From: Iphione sp. A-MEVVRFRX5
Taxonomy: Eukaryota
Direction of reading: 5' to 3'
NCBI GenBank assembly: GCA_976226885.1
Contig: OZ320314.1
Span: forward strand, 95,046,001-95,110,000
Length of the DNA: 64,000 bases
Position numbers and translations under genes: made by a program. Positions 11,083-23,736 of the stretch are shown here, piece by piece; the stretch's first letter is position 1; each line of letters opens with the position of its first letter. Below the pieces are notes generated by a model. The model was not told the origin of the DNA. It made no database searches and saw nothing but the letters and a program-made list of their open reading frames with translations.

Positions 11083-14000
11083 ATATAAAAATTATCACAT
11101 GTAGTTAAAATGCATTGTTTTATTTTTGTCTACTTCCCATTTGCACATATAATATTAGGTTTGCATGTGTACTTCCACATCTATTTAAATTATATACATA
11201 TAATTTATTTTATGCAATTTCTGCAGTTTTTTTGGTAAGTAGTGTATTTATACACTATTTAACAATATTATGGCAGTACAGTAAACCACTTATCTTTTGT
11301 AGCATCCAAGCGTGCACTGTTATGCCATTCCTTAACGTGAAGGTGAGTTAATGCCTCCGGGAAATATATCAAGTACAGGGCTTATAAAGGCATATATCTT
11401 ACTTAAAGCTGGGCATACCCGGAATGTGACTGGAAGTTACAATAAGATGCCTTTAATTTATGAAAATTGGGAACTTTACTAGTGGGTGTTTACATTCATG
11501 GGTGTCCGTGGTCCAGAAAAGAATGGCAGTGCTTGTTTTCAGTGTCTGGATGCCTCTGGACACAGAGCATGGAGCGTGGAGCCACTACACAAGGAAATTC
11601 CGACATAATTAGTTTTCAGATCGTTTTTTACACATATCTGAGGGCCAAGAAAAAATCCATACACAAATCGGGCCTTAGTCGTGCAGTGTATCCCCTTCAA
11701 CACACAATATATTAGCCACACTTCCTATATCGATGCAAAGAAGAATAAGCATGGTGATCATGCTGTAAATGTACTTATTATTTGCTCAATGAAGAAAACC
11801 CGCTGCATTACGGCAAACCGGACCCATGCGAACCCTACATTCCGTGGTCACAGATGTGTACTGTATTCTTTCTCCAAGAGGCTAAGACAAACATTGGTGG
11901 ACAGTGGCTTTATTGGCCAGAACTCTTGGACATTTGCTATGTCACTGGTCTGGGTTGAATGGCAGAGGTGCCCACCACAAAGAAGCACCCTCGTGGGTGG
12001 TGTACGTGGCTCGGACAGTACCGGAGAAATGCCAGGCCTGCACGTGGGGAGGCCTTAGTCAAAATAGATGTGCTTCAGTTGGGTTGTCTCTGAAATGATC
12101 TATGTCTTGAGTAGCTTGCTGGTCAGTATCGGTGGATCCTGGAGCCGTAGGTCGCCCCTGGGTCAGTAAAGCTTTGTGTATATACGACAACTCCAGCTGC
12201 ACTAAACTCGAAGCTCTGCTCCTCTCCGACTGACCTAAACACTGTCCCTTCTCCAGCCGACTGGAGAGCGTTTGTTTTTGCTCGTAGGGGGCTTTATTGG
12301 GGTTTCTCAAGAGATAAAGTTTGGATCACTGTCGAGGTACTTGTAGCGTGAAGGGAATGGATAACAGTGCTGAGACCTTTCCCGTAAACATTGTCCGTAC
12401 CCCACCAATAATTGAATAAACAGTGTATAGATAGTTTCATCTGGTAGATAGCTTAACCTTCTAGCCATAGTTATTCAAACCAAAGTTGTTTGCATCTACT
12501 ATTCTACCCCTCATCCTCACTGTGCTGAGCGGCAAAACAACATCCCTTGAATAGTGACAGTAGAACAACCCCTGTATATGCGTGCGCTTTATTTCGTTGA
12601 AATGCCCGTTTACAGATGTATCTTCTGTTTCGCCGCTGATGAGGGGAAACAGATGCTAACTTCAATGACCGAGGCTTGTTCCCCGAGAGTCACATCGAGA
12701 GAATGGCAATTGCCCTGTTATCCATACCAGTGTCCAGTCACTAATGGATCAAGATCCACGAGTGATTGCTTGTAGTCATTCAGAAGGGCAGGAAACTGTG
12801 TGATGTGTTCTTGTCGCAATCGTTCTCTTTTGCTGCCATTAGTCTGGCCAACGAATGCTTCCCAACAGCTTCTGTTACAGACCAGTTGGGTATTGTTAGT
12901 ATTTCAGTCAGTATCCATGTGGATGTATTCGTCAAATAGTGAGATAACTGTTCTATTCATAGGCAACTCCTGCTGAGCATTCCACAGGAGCCTGTTTGTT
13001 TTGTGATAGGAATCCGTTCCCCTCCCTCCCACTGAAAGAAATGATAAAGAAGGCATGCTCATTTATTAACCTTTATGATTCATTTAAGCAGTTCTGACTT
13101 GAAGATGCTTTTCAAACATCATTGCCAAAGGCGAGGATAAATTTGTGCAGCCATTAAGCCGTTGGTTTTTGGTAGGATCATATTTCACCTGAAAATTGCA
13201 TTGACCATGTGTTACAAGAGCCAACATTGTGCTCGGCATGAAAAGCATTTGTCATTGTCAGCAATTTAAAACCGTCAATGGCATTAACCTGTTTACATTT
13301 TTTGGTATAGGCTTTCCTGCGAAACATCGCCCAGTTACTGCCTTAGAATGTCAATCTGATTTAATGTTTTGCTTTAACCCATCTTCGTGTTAAAATTACG
13401 TAGATCAATATGCATGGTTGTCAAGGGGATTCAGGAATGAAGCTGATATGCACCGCATGCGGGAAAAATATTTCTTCCCTCAGGCAATCCAATTCAATTC
13501 TCCTTTCTGCATGGCGAAGTTTTAACACTATACGCGGGCAACGCAAAAGGTGCCGATACGTGTACATGTATATCAATACCGGGAGAGTCAAAGTATTATA
13601 CCTATAGGTCATACTTTGTTCGCTATATGGGAGTGGGGGGGGGGGAGTTGGCTGGCGGGGCTGAGTGCTGAGTGCGCACACGTGTGACGTAGGAGCGTGT
13701 AACGCATGCCGCTTACGCTGCCCCCGACCAAATTATGCCCAACATAAACACGTCGAAGTGATCGACATCCATCCTCACCCGCACTTGGGTCTGCTGCACA
13801 AGATGGTCGAGGGTCCATCCGTTACTGCGCCCACGCGGAACAGGCGGATGGGCACCAGTCTAACGGAAAAAAAGTCTAATACTCTCACGCTGCTTCTGAG
13901 ATAGTTTCGTATTACCTGCAGCGGGATGAAAATATCGCCAGTCATTACCGGCCGAATGAAGTTGCCGGATTCGAGAGGGAATCATCCTTTGCGCGGATAA

Positions 14001-17000
14001 ACAGTGGACACGATTATAGCGTCGAAAGACTACAAACAAATATGTCATAACACCTTTCTCTCCACGGGACCCACCTTGTGATTCCATGGGGCTTTGGCCT
14101 ATCTAGGTCTGAGGAAGTTAATTCAAGGAAAACGTTTTCTTTGGAAATGATAGAACACCAGCTATGAGCGTTAACACGACGCTAAAGCACCCGAAAGGAA
14201 CGTGGGCCCACTCGGTCCCTTGGCTACGGGCCAGCAGTAGGTCGCACAAGTCTGCGAACTCCAACGTGAGGGTGATATACTACATGTATGCTTGGCCTAC
14301 ACCAGAACTACGAATTTTCCACAAAGTAAATATTTTAATGTAGCACAGATTGTCACAGAAAACGACGATGGATATGCTATGTATACCCTATCCTTTTGTT
14401 CTGCCATCAGCACGGGTCTGCGGTATGGAAGAAGCAAGACCAAGGAAAATAAATTGGAGTGAAAAAATTCCAGCGGTGAGACCAACAACTTTTGGCTGAC
14501 GGCAGGTAACCCCAGGTGCAATCTGCCTGTCCGACACTCGCTTCATCAGCCTGCAACACCTTTTTCTAATCTCCTCTTCACAACCCTGACCCCTCCTGAC
14601 AACCTGGGCGGTCCGTGTACACACAGAGCTGCTCTGACAAAGGGTCCAGGGGTGAGAAATTATGGCTGCAGTGTCCGTCATACGTCAAGATTTTCAGTAA
14701 GAAAAACGTTCAACTATGTCACACCAGTAACATATGACTTTTTCCTCTAGGGTGGTGTCATATATATTGCAAACATTTATCTATCAACGAAGATGAAAGG
14801 ACAAGGGTTGGAAAAATTGGTATGAAGTAACGCAGAGGGCGACCAGCCAATGAATTCCTCACCAGCGTGACTTTTCTTGAAACGCATGATATAAACGCCA
14901 GCCACTGAAATGAGATACAAGTATACAGTAGAAAGAAAAATTATATTTATTATGGCTTAACCATAACAAAAAGTAACACGCCATTATTCTTCGAGGTAAG
15001 GACTGATGTAGACTAGACCAGTGAATAAGTACGAAAAGAAATTAAGAGAGTATGAATAAACAGATATGTAACAGTTTTTAGTTTCGTGTAGTACTATAAT
15101 ATAGTTTTAGGCATTATATGTATAATGTATATTTTGATATATATATTTCGATGTATCAATGTGAATCATATAACTATATACATGTATTTCTACCTAGACT
15201 AAACAAAACAACATAAAGCATCTGCCATGTCATGTCATGAGTCATGAAACCGTTTACTGAGAAGGCATCTTTTACTTAGAAATAACTGAGAGCCACTTAC
15301 ATTGTCGTTACTACCCATTAAGTGCTTCAGCTGAACGAAGGGTCAGGAGGCAGCTGACCTCAGATCAACCCTGGGAAGTGACCAGGCTCAGGTGATGAAC
15401 ACGTGCGACCAGGTAAATGCTTAGACTGACCAGCTGGTGTCAAGACATGGCAAACGGTGTCGGAGACGACAAGCTTACTACACTTGAGCAAAACAAACAC
15501 CACCTAGCTGATCCAGCGCAAGGGTATGTGCTGATTGTTGATCTTCCTCATCCTCACCTTCGGAGACCGGGCTACTCTGGGCCCCTCGATTAGCTAGAAG
15601 GGAAATGTTTGTGCGTCAAAATCTGTACACGTGGTATATTAGTATAGTCTCATGATTTGGGCGAAGTTGCACCTGTACTTTCTAATAATTTGTCCAAATG
15701 TTTCATGATAGCTTTTTTGATAAATCATATAATATACGTATATTCAATTCTTAAAATTCTGTCAAGATAGGAAGAATGACATCTCCAAACCACTATGAGT
15801 CAACGCCTGCTCAAGTCAATTCGCTATTTTCTCTTTAGAGGTGAGCTTCGTTGTATGAAGGAAACCTGACTCGAAATGTTTCTAATTGGCGAAGATGATC
15901 CGCTGAAACAATCGTTTGATGGCACCACCCGCAGCTGCAACATGGCAACGAGGCTGTTGATTTTTCATGTATTCTCTTACTATTACAAAGGGTGCATCTA
16001 CCGGTCCGAACTTTTCAGACGTTTCTGAGGTAAAGGAGGAATGTTCGAATACTTCGAAAGTCTTACACCCTGTGACTTTTCCCGCCCTGCCTTATCCTTA
16101 TGTAGATAATGGGAATTGTACTGGCTACCCCCAAGGCATTGGCCGATTCATTTTGTATCGGTTTGCATTTATCGTTAGAGGGGAATACTTGGTTTATTGT
16201 TATAGAAACTGAATAAATCTTATATTTCCAAGAGAGAGGGCATCTGTGTTTCATCCACTACATGCCTCATGCGTTGCTGAATAGGATGGTATTGATCATT
16301 TTTTAAGGTGTAGGTACATTGGTGACACTGGATACTGGTAAGGCAACAACCTTCCCGTAAAAGTTCTTCTCTGTCAAAAGTAAATACTGGGAGTAAAAAT
16401 CTATCTTGTGGTTGTATTATTGAAAATTCAACTATTCTTGAAATACCTGTACAAAGCATGCGATGGCATTTTCGAGAGCAACAACAATCTTGAACCTTTT
16501 AAACACTGGTTCGTGCTGTACATGGATATACTCATATGAATCATGAATTTGAATTGAACGTGTGTTCTGTCAAAGAATTAAACAAAATTGTCTATAGCAA
16601 GGGAGTGAATAGCTCAAGTACTTCGTGTCTCGAACTTACGGAGGGGTGTCTTGTATCATGTCTTGTCGTTTAAAACAAACACACTTGAAGACAGAGTCGA
16701 TGGCCTTTGAGCCCATACCAGTTTTGGGGGTCTATGTTTTCCCTCCAGCAGGAGACTCTGTGCTGTCAATCACTTGCACCTGTCCACACATGATCAAAGC
16801 TCCGCCCATGTTTGACCACGCCTACTATGTCAGTCAGGCGAAAGGCGCTTCAATCAGATAAGAAGAGTAGAATTCCAGTGCTAAAAATCAACCGAGATAC
16901 CTCCGGCAACTGAGGCAATTCAAACTGATCAAACGGCCGAAGATGTCTTCAAAGTTGCTGCACATCATTGCAGCAGTACCCAGAAAGAAGCAAGGCTACT

Positions 17001-19646
17001 TTGCCTATTTGTTCTGGCCACAGCGAAATCTTATCCATCTTGTTGGGCCGTTTCTGCAAGTAATATCAAAAATATTATCCCGGCAACAGCATCATGTTTG
17101 AATTACATGTAGACGATTTTCAGATATCTTTTTACTAAAGGATAGTAGCACCCGAGTGCAAATGTTTATCGACCTGATCTAATATTCCATTATCTTGTTA
17201 GTTATAGGAACTGCAAATAAATATGAAATAAATGTCTTTCACATAAATGTAGGCATATCGCAAGGCAGTTTCGAGTGCTGCCGAGATGGGCAGCTTTGAT
17301 TGAACCCTTCTGGCTTAAACCAACGGTATCTGTCAGCAGCCGATGGCAGTGACTTTGAACTCGTGTTCACTCTTGGAATGGATTCTGGTTGCCTTGCGTG
17401 TATTTAACAAAACATGATAGGTATTGAACTTGAAACGAGTGTTGTAGTTTTCAGGTCACCCCGACCTTAAAACCCCTCGAAATACAGCCTGGGGCTGCAC
17501 GAGGGTTCGGAACTATACTACTAAGTGGACATGCGTCAGGACTGTTAAGTATAAGGACCCCAGAGTGACGTCATGAAACACAGCGACATCTATCTGTGAG
17601 TTCCCAATGGAGTTCTCCTTCAGTCCAACGATTGTGTGTGTGACCCGCAGGATGGCCACAAGAGGGGGCTGTCACGTTCGTCATCGCCCCCTAGTACCAG
17701 GTGAGTCGTAAACCTAACGATAGATACTGCACACGCGCACGTAAACAGACAATAAAAAGGCAAGGGGTTTTGTATACTGAGAGTTATTCTCTACAGACAA
17801 ACCAACATTTTCTTCTGCACTCTTCCACTTGTCGCAAGAAACAATACATCCCATTCCTCAGCGTTTGATGGAATGTCGTCAAGCCTTCCGTCAATTTAAC
17901 TGTGTAGAAAGGCGGCTGTCGTAGTGATTTGGAAGAGGCTAAAGCAGAGAACGCTAAGGTAAAGACGTTTGTCTTTTGTTCTCCAGTGTAGCTAACTCCC
18001 ATTTTTCCAGTGTTGTTCCGCTCTGCAGCTGTGTGCTCCGTCAATTTCCCACGACTGCACTTCATCAAGAGGGAGGCATTTACTGCCTGTGTTCGAAAGC
18101 CGTCGCTACATTCGACGTTCTTGGAACATACACCGAAAGCCCTCGGGTTACCACTGCTTAAACACTGGTCTGGCGATTATGTAGATGCCTGCTACTTACA
18201 GGTTAGGGTGTTGATAGTCCACAAGCGTATTGAGTGAGATATTATTTTGAAAAACGGCTCGAGAGGAGCGAGTCTGTAAGTGCACAGTTGTTGGGTCCAC
18301 GGTGGATAGTCGTTCCCCATGGGAGTCTGAAGCGGGGAGAGGAGTGTAACTTAAGCGAATTCTCTGTCGGTCGTCTGTCAGAAGAGGTTGGACCCAGTAA
18401 CCCGTAGAATTCTTGTTACTCGCTTCAACATCTGAAACATCCTTTTTTCATAATGAGGAAGGTGTGGTCATGTCAGTTTGGGGAGTTTCTTAGCAAGTTC
18501 CCTGACGTAGCCACACCGCGCAGGAGCGTTACCCGTCAGGTAAATTAAGCCTTTATTCTTTGGGAAAAAAGAGCCAGTATATCGCCGTGTTGTGTAAATA
18601 CTAGGTTTTACCCAGTGCTGGCAGAGACAAACGTAGATTGGAATTACATACACTCCCCATACGTTATTTTCCGTCCTTCGCATGTGGCATTTTACCAACA
18701 TTATTCTGTCACTTAGAGATCATATTCATGATCACCAAAGGTTATTTGTAATAGCTACTGTATGAAAAACCAATATACATGAACGAAAAGGTGACATAAA
18801 TTGGAAGCTTGACGAACAGTTCAGTTGAAAGATTGGTGCAACAACGATCATGTTGACGGATGTGGGGCAATGAGATGAAATCTAAGGAAGTTCCTCGACA
18901 CCTCGTACACTCTCGTGCCGGGCAAAGGATCACGAGATCTGGGGTTCCTTTCACCTGGAGGGGTGGAAGCTGGGAGTGATACTCATCGCATTGTAAGGTG
19001 CTATATAAAACATATGCACGTGGTTACCTAATTGAGATGTCAGAGTGGTTATATTTAATAGGTTAGAGACGTTCTAAGCTGCACCTGTCTGTAGCTCGGT
19101 GAACCCATGCGAGATTCCATTCCAGAGCAATGGAATATTCTCGGCAACAGTAAGGTGGTATTATCGAACATTCTATTGAACATTATACTATCATTCACAT
19201 GCATTGGAACATACATTTGTTGTTATTTTCTACGTATTCCTGTACATATATATATATATTTGTACCTATGAATTAGAAACAGAGACAGAGGAAAAGGCAC
19301 CGCCTGAACTGTCTTGATGCAGCGTCCTCGGCATTAGTAAGAGTTTTACTTTTTTTTTTTTTTTTTTTTTTTGAAACTTTTATTTATCCTGGCTGCAAAC
19401 TGTAGCCAGCCATAGAACTACAATAGTCGATGTTCATCTTAATACAACATATGTACAGGATGTATATACAATATTCACAATTATATACACTATGTACACT
19501 ATATACACAACATGACAACTGAAACATCTTGATAGCTGCATAGTTTGGTCAGTGACAAATAATTCGAAACAAGTATCACCGGATTAAAAAGATCAATATT
19601 CTACATGTTAGACAAACGATAGTTTGAGTGCATAAAGACTTATGAT

Positions 19647-22493
19647 TCATGACACTTTCCAATCTGCTTTTGATAGACGATTAAACAATTCGATTTTGAT
19701 ATTTTGCTTAAAGACTTTCTTTATTGGTACTTTCAGGTTATCTTCTAGTCCATTCCACAACTTAATGGCATAATAGGTTGGATTCATTTCATAGGAGGCC
19801 TTTCTTGGGAGGGGGAGTGGTAGTGATGTTTTTCTCAACCTGGATCTCGATTTCAACTCCATAAACGGCGTTATTAGGTCTTTATGAAAGGTTGATAGTG
19901 AATGGTAGTGACTTCTCAGTAACAACGGTAACAGACCAAGAGTTTTGCATAGCACATGATAGTCTGTGTGGAAGTCACTTGTGGCTATGCGCATTGCTTT
20001 TTCCTGTTGTTTTTCTAGTCTACCAAATTCAGCTGACTTATAGGCATGAAGTGAGCCTATCCCATAATCCATAATTGGAATGAAGTAAGTTTTTAAGACT
20101 TGCAGGGCAATGTCCCTATGGATAGTCTTAGATTGTCTGATCATATGAATTATCGAATAGGACTTTCTTAGTTTTTTATTCATTTCCAGTTTCATTGTTA
20201 GATGACTATCTAGGATAAAACCTAGGTAAGTGTAACTGGATACCTGTTTAATTTCAGTTGATCCTATCTTTATATTCATTTTATGTCCCGAGTGCTTATG
20301 TCTATTGTTTAGGAATAGAATGGATTCCGTCTTGGTTAAGTTCATTTTAATCCCATTGACACTGCACCACTTATTTAGGGATGATATGTCTTCTTCAAGT
20401 TTAGTATCAACAACAGTTGGGTCATTGTCGGCATAGAGTAAAATCGTATCATCTGCGTACATGACACAGTGGGAATTTCTTAATGATCTGATACTATCGT
20501 TAATGAAAAGAGAGAAAAGAAGAGGACCTAAGATGCTACCCTGGGGGACACCAGTAGCTAGGGGTAAGGTAGATGAGTTTTGGTCTGATATTTTTGTTTG
20601 AATTCTCCTGTTTGTTAAGTATGATTCGAACCATTTCGTAGCATTTTGAAAACCTAAGCAAGTTAATTTCTTTAAGAGTATCGAATGTTGGATACTATCA
20701 AATGCTTTTTGATAGTCTACAAATATTGCCCCTACTATCTTCCCTTCATTCATATTGGAGTAGATGTAATGAAGTACATCATTCAGGGCATCCACCGTTG
20801 ATTTTAATTTTCTGAAACCATACTGGTTTTGGCATAGGATATTGTTGTGGTCCATATAATCGATACATTTATTGTACATTATCCTTTCAAGAATTTTTCT
20901 GAATATTGATAAGATACTGATGGGTCTATAAGAATTTGGGCTATAGCGATCACCTTTCCCTTTGTATATTGGGGTAACCCTAGCTCTTTTCCACCTTGAT
21001 GGTATTGTGTTCGTATCCAGTATTCGATTAAGCAATATTGTGAATTCCGCGACTGTTTCTTCTAGACATAATTTCAGAATTTTCATTGAGTCTATATCTG
21101 TGCCTGTTGGCTTAGAAATTTTTAATGTTTTCACAATTTTTAATACTTCTAACTCTGTTATGGGTGTTATCACAAAGCTGTCATACGGTGTCTGAATGTA
21201 ACACATCACCAGGTCATGATTGAGATCAAATGGGCATGAGCCTACTGTTGCAAAATGTTTGTTAAATTTTTCAGCTGATTCTTTCATAGATAATAATGAC
21301 TCACCTTCTTTTAACAGTGAAATTGCACCCGCCTGCCGTTGGCCTAGACATTGCTTAAGCGCTTTCCAATACTTCTTAGGGTTGTCGCGATGCTCAAATA
21401 TTCTATCTGCACAGAATTTTGACTGGTCCGCACGTATATGCTCTGCACAGACACTTTTGAATGCCTTCGCTTCCCTGAATAGTTCATCAGACTTGAGTGC
21501 TAATGCTTTTTTGAAAAGTAGATTTTTCTCATTAATCATTTTCCGCGTGTTTTCTGATACCCACCATTGCTTTTTGTGTAGTGCCTTACTTGTTTTCTTC
21601 TTACTTACACAATCAATGGCTCGTTGTAGTAGCAATTCATATCTCAATGCCAGATAGTCTAAGTCTTCAGTTGAGTCAAGTAATGTCTTTAGCAAGGGGA
21701 TTGTATAGGTATGGAGAACGTCACTGAGATTATTATCGTGCTTATTGGACCATGGCCGATAGGTGAATGGGGTCTTAATATCGGCTGGTTTAATAAATTT
21801 CATTCTAATTGTTGTGGCATAGTGATCACTAATAAAAATTTTTGATACTGATGTACTACTGTTGTCAGGGTCATTTGTTAGTATTAAATCTATACATGAC
21901 AGTTTATGCGGTGTGCATCTTGTCGGTTCCATTACTGTTTGTGTCAAGTTATGATTCTTGCAGAAGTGTATTAATTTATGGAAATTAACGTCGGCATGAT
22001 CTAGATAATTTATATTGAAATCACCGAGTATGACTAGGGATTCCCCTTTTGAAAGCATTTGTTCCACAGTTTTTTCCATTTTGTCAAAAAATATGTTAAT
22101 ATTCCCACTTGGAGGGCGATATATGGCAATTAATAAGAGCTCGTTACCCATGGAGGGGACCAGGTGATGACACGAAACTTCTATGTGTTTACTACTGGCA
22201 TTTAGGGATGAATATTTCACGCTATCTAGAGGAAGCCGTTCTTTGTAATACAGTACCAGTCCTCCTCCCAGTCCATGCTCTCTGTCCAAACGCATAATCT
22301 CATAACTTTCAATATTGAGTATACTATTAGGTATATCCGATGTTAACCAAGATTCTGTTAACAGTAGCACATCTGGATTGAGAGAGTCAACTAACAAAGC
22401 ACAGTCTGGTATCTTATTCCGGAGGCTACATACATTTAGATGTGTCATGGATAAAAATGTACTACTGTCATTCGTGGTGCTATCCATGATCAT
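19647..22493 (-). CDS. LINE ORF2p: apurinic-like endonuclease (EEP) plus reverse transcriptase, 948 aa
   Basis: APE motifs HLNVCSL, LTESWL, RLDR..GGG, IYRPP, ILGDFN, PTR, IDLILTN, SDH. RT motifs YRPISILS, QYGFRK, DYQKAFD, GVPQGSILGPLLF, YADDT, YLGFILD. CR1/L2-type C-terminus YAIKLWNGL..FK. No stops or frameshifts. Confidence 0.97.
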   Translation of the reverse strand: MIMDSTTNDSSTFLSMTHLNVCSLRNKIPDCALLVDSLNPDVLLLTESWLTSDIPNSILNIESYEIMRLDREHGLGGGLVLYYKERLPLDSVKYSSLNASSKHIEVSCHHLVPSMGNELLLIAIYRPPSGNINIFFDKMEKTVEQMLSKGESLVILGDFNINYLDHADVNFHKLIHFCKNHNLTQTVMEPTRCTPHKLSCIDLILTNDPDNSSTSVSKIFISDHYATTIRMKFIKPADIKTPFTYRPWSNKHDNNLSDVLHTYTIPLLKTLLDSTEDLDYLALRYELLLQRAIDCVSKKKTSKALHKKQWWVSENTRKMINEKNLLFKKALALKSDELFREAKAFKSVCAEHIRADQSKFCADRIFEHRDNPKKYWKALKQCLGQRQAGAISLLKEGESLLSMKESAEKFNKHFATVGSCPFDLNHDLVMCYIQTPYDSFVITPITELEVLKIVKTLKISKPTGTDIDSMKILKLCLEETVAEFTILLNRILDTNTIPSRWKRARVTPIYKGKGDRYSPNSYRPISILSIFRKILERIMYNKCIDYMDHNNILCQNQYGFRKLKSTVDALNDVLHYIYSNMNEGKIVGAIFVDYQKAFDSIQHSILLKKLTCLGFQNATKWFESYLTNRRIQTKISDQNSSTLPLATGVPQGSILGPLLFSLFINDSIRSLRNSHCVMYADDTILLYADNDPTVVDTKLEEDISSLNKWCSVNGIKMNLTKTESILFLNNRHKHSGHKMNIKIGSTEIKQVSSYTYLGFILDSHLTMKLEMNKKLRKSYSIIHMIRQSKTIHRDIALQVLKTYFIPIMDYGIGSLHAYKSAEFGRLEKQQEKAMRIATSDFHTDYHVLCKTLGLLPLLLRSHYHSLSTFHKDLITPFMELKSRSRLRKTSLPLPLPRKASYEMNPTYYAIKLWNGLEDNLKVPIKKVFKQNIKIELFNRLSKADWKVS

Positions 22494-23039
22494 AAGAATA
22501 GTGTAAATTGGGTAATGTGGATACTTGGAAGATCTTCCGACATAATATCGTGATTATCAATGTTAATTCGATGTATATTGGCATTTGATGCCATATGCAT
22601 AACATAACGGTAGATGATAATGATATACATACAGATAGGAGCTGAGACTGCAAGATCTCTGCCTTGCCAGGTGGTATTATGACATATACAAAATACAAGT
22701 ATTAGATTGCCTTTATTTTTGAGCCCTGTATAGAACTCAAAATGGAGTTCAGTGTTATTCATCGGTCTCAAAAAAGGAGGCCAGGATGATCTGGATGTTC
22801 AACATTGTATTTGGGCTCGATATAGATTCAAATCTCATAAAGGAGACTTGGTTATCAGGTCATAACACATGATTGTCTATGTCAATATTACATACAGAAA
22901 AGGTGAGTATATATCAACAATGGTTGGTACATGGTAAGCAGATATTGGTACATTGCCCTAACATTTGAGAAAAAATGATCATGGTAGCCACGGTTAACTC
23001 ACTGAGACTTTGCAAGTACCTAGTAGGTATAGTCCAGTT

Positions 23040-23732
23040 TCAAATTTCAATCTTCTCAAGCAACCTCACCATGGCTCGCACGAACTGTAGTCGTCCCACT
23101 GGTCCAAGGTGACAACCATCGACAAGTCGTTCCATTCGATTCGTATCTTTTCCGTTTGACCTTCCATGTACAGCGTGGCCATTGAATGGTGTCGGCACGC
23201 CATGACGCCCATTCAACGCTAATAGCTGACGATTGATGAGGTGGACAGCACGATTAAGTGTCTTCTGTCGCGGGTCTGATGGAACATCTGCAAATACTTC
23301 ATTTCTCATATTAGAATTGAATTTAGACACGTTTGGTGCAAGGACTTGGCAGAAAACAATGTAGCAACTGGGCATCGATTCAGATAACACATCATATGCA
23401 CGGTCAATCAGTGACATATAGTTTTCGCATATTGTGTACGGGTCATTGGCAGGAATCGATATTTGCTTCACCCTTTTCCCATTCGGAAGTAATACATTCC
23501 GCTTTAGATTTGTCAGATTGTTCGATCCACCCAGTACAACTATGTATAACGGCTGGTCATTGTAGGGAAAGTCACAAATTTCATCCACTAACCGTTCGAT
23601 TGTTGCACCCGGGAACACGTGGAGAAAGCAGTTGTACCCGTGTTGTCGTAGTTCCCTATGGAGATTTCTACCATGCGAGTCGGTGAAAAAATGAATCGGC
23701 AAGGGAACAGAGTCATGATCAACTTCCAACAT
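23040..23732 (-). CDS. Stand-alone SGNH/GDSL-type hydrolase (esterase), 230 aa
   Basis: All four SGNH blocks in order: I FFTDSHG (Ser nucleophile, codon at 23676-23678), II VFPGAT, III VLGGSNN, V DGCHLG (D-x-x-H, about 23109-23120). Confidence 0.85.
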   Translation of the reverse strand: MLEVDHDSVPLPIHFFTDSHGRNLHRELRQHGYNCFLHVFPGATIERLVDEICDFPYNDQPLYIVVLGGSNNLTNLKRNVLLPNGKRVKQISIPANDPYTICENYMSLIDRAYDVLSESMPSCYIVFCQVLAPNVSKFNSNMRNEVFADVPSDPRQKTLNRAVHLINRQLLALNGRHGVPTPFNGHAVHGRSNGKDTNRMERLVDGCHLGPVGRLQFVRAMVRLLEKIEI

Positions 23733-23736
23733 AGTT

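Noticed and set aside
12634-12650. Hammerhead-like CTGATGA...GAAA cores (also near 59474)
   Set aside because: Stem II is too short or unpaired and no stems I/III could be built. No HDV-like fold was evident at the LINE 5' end either.
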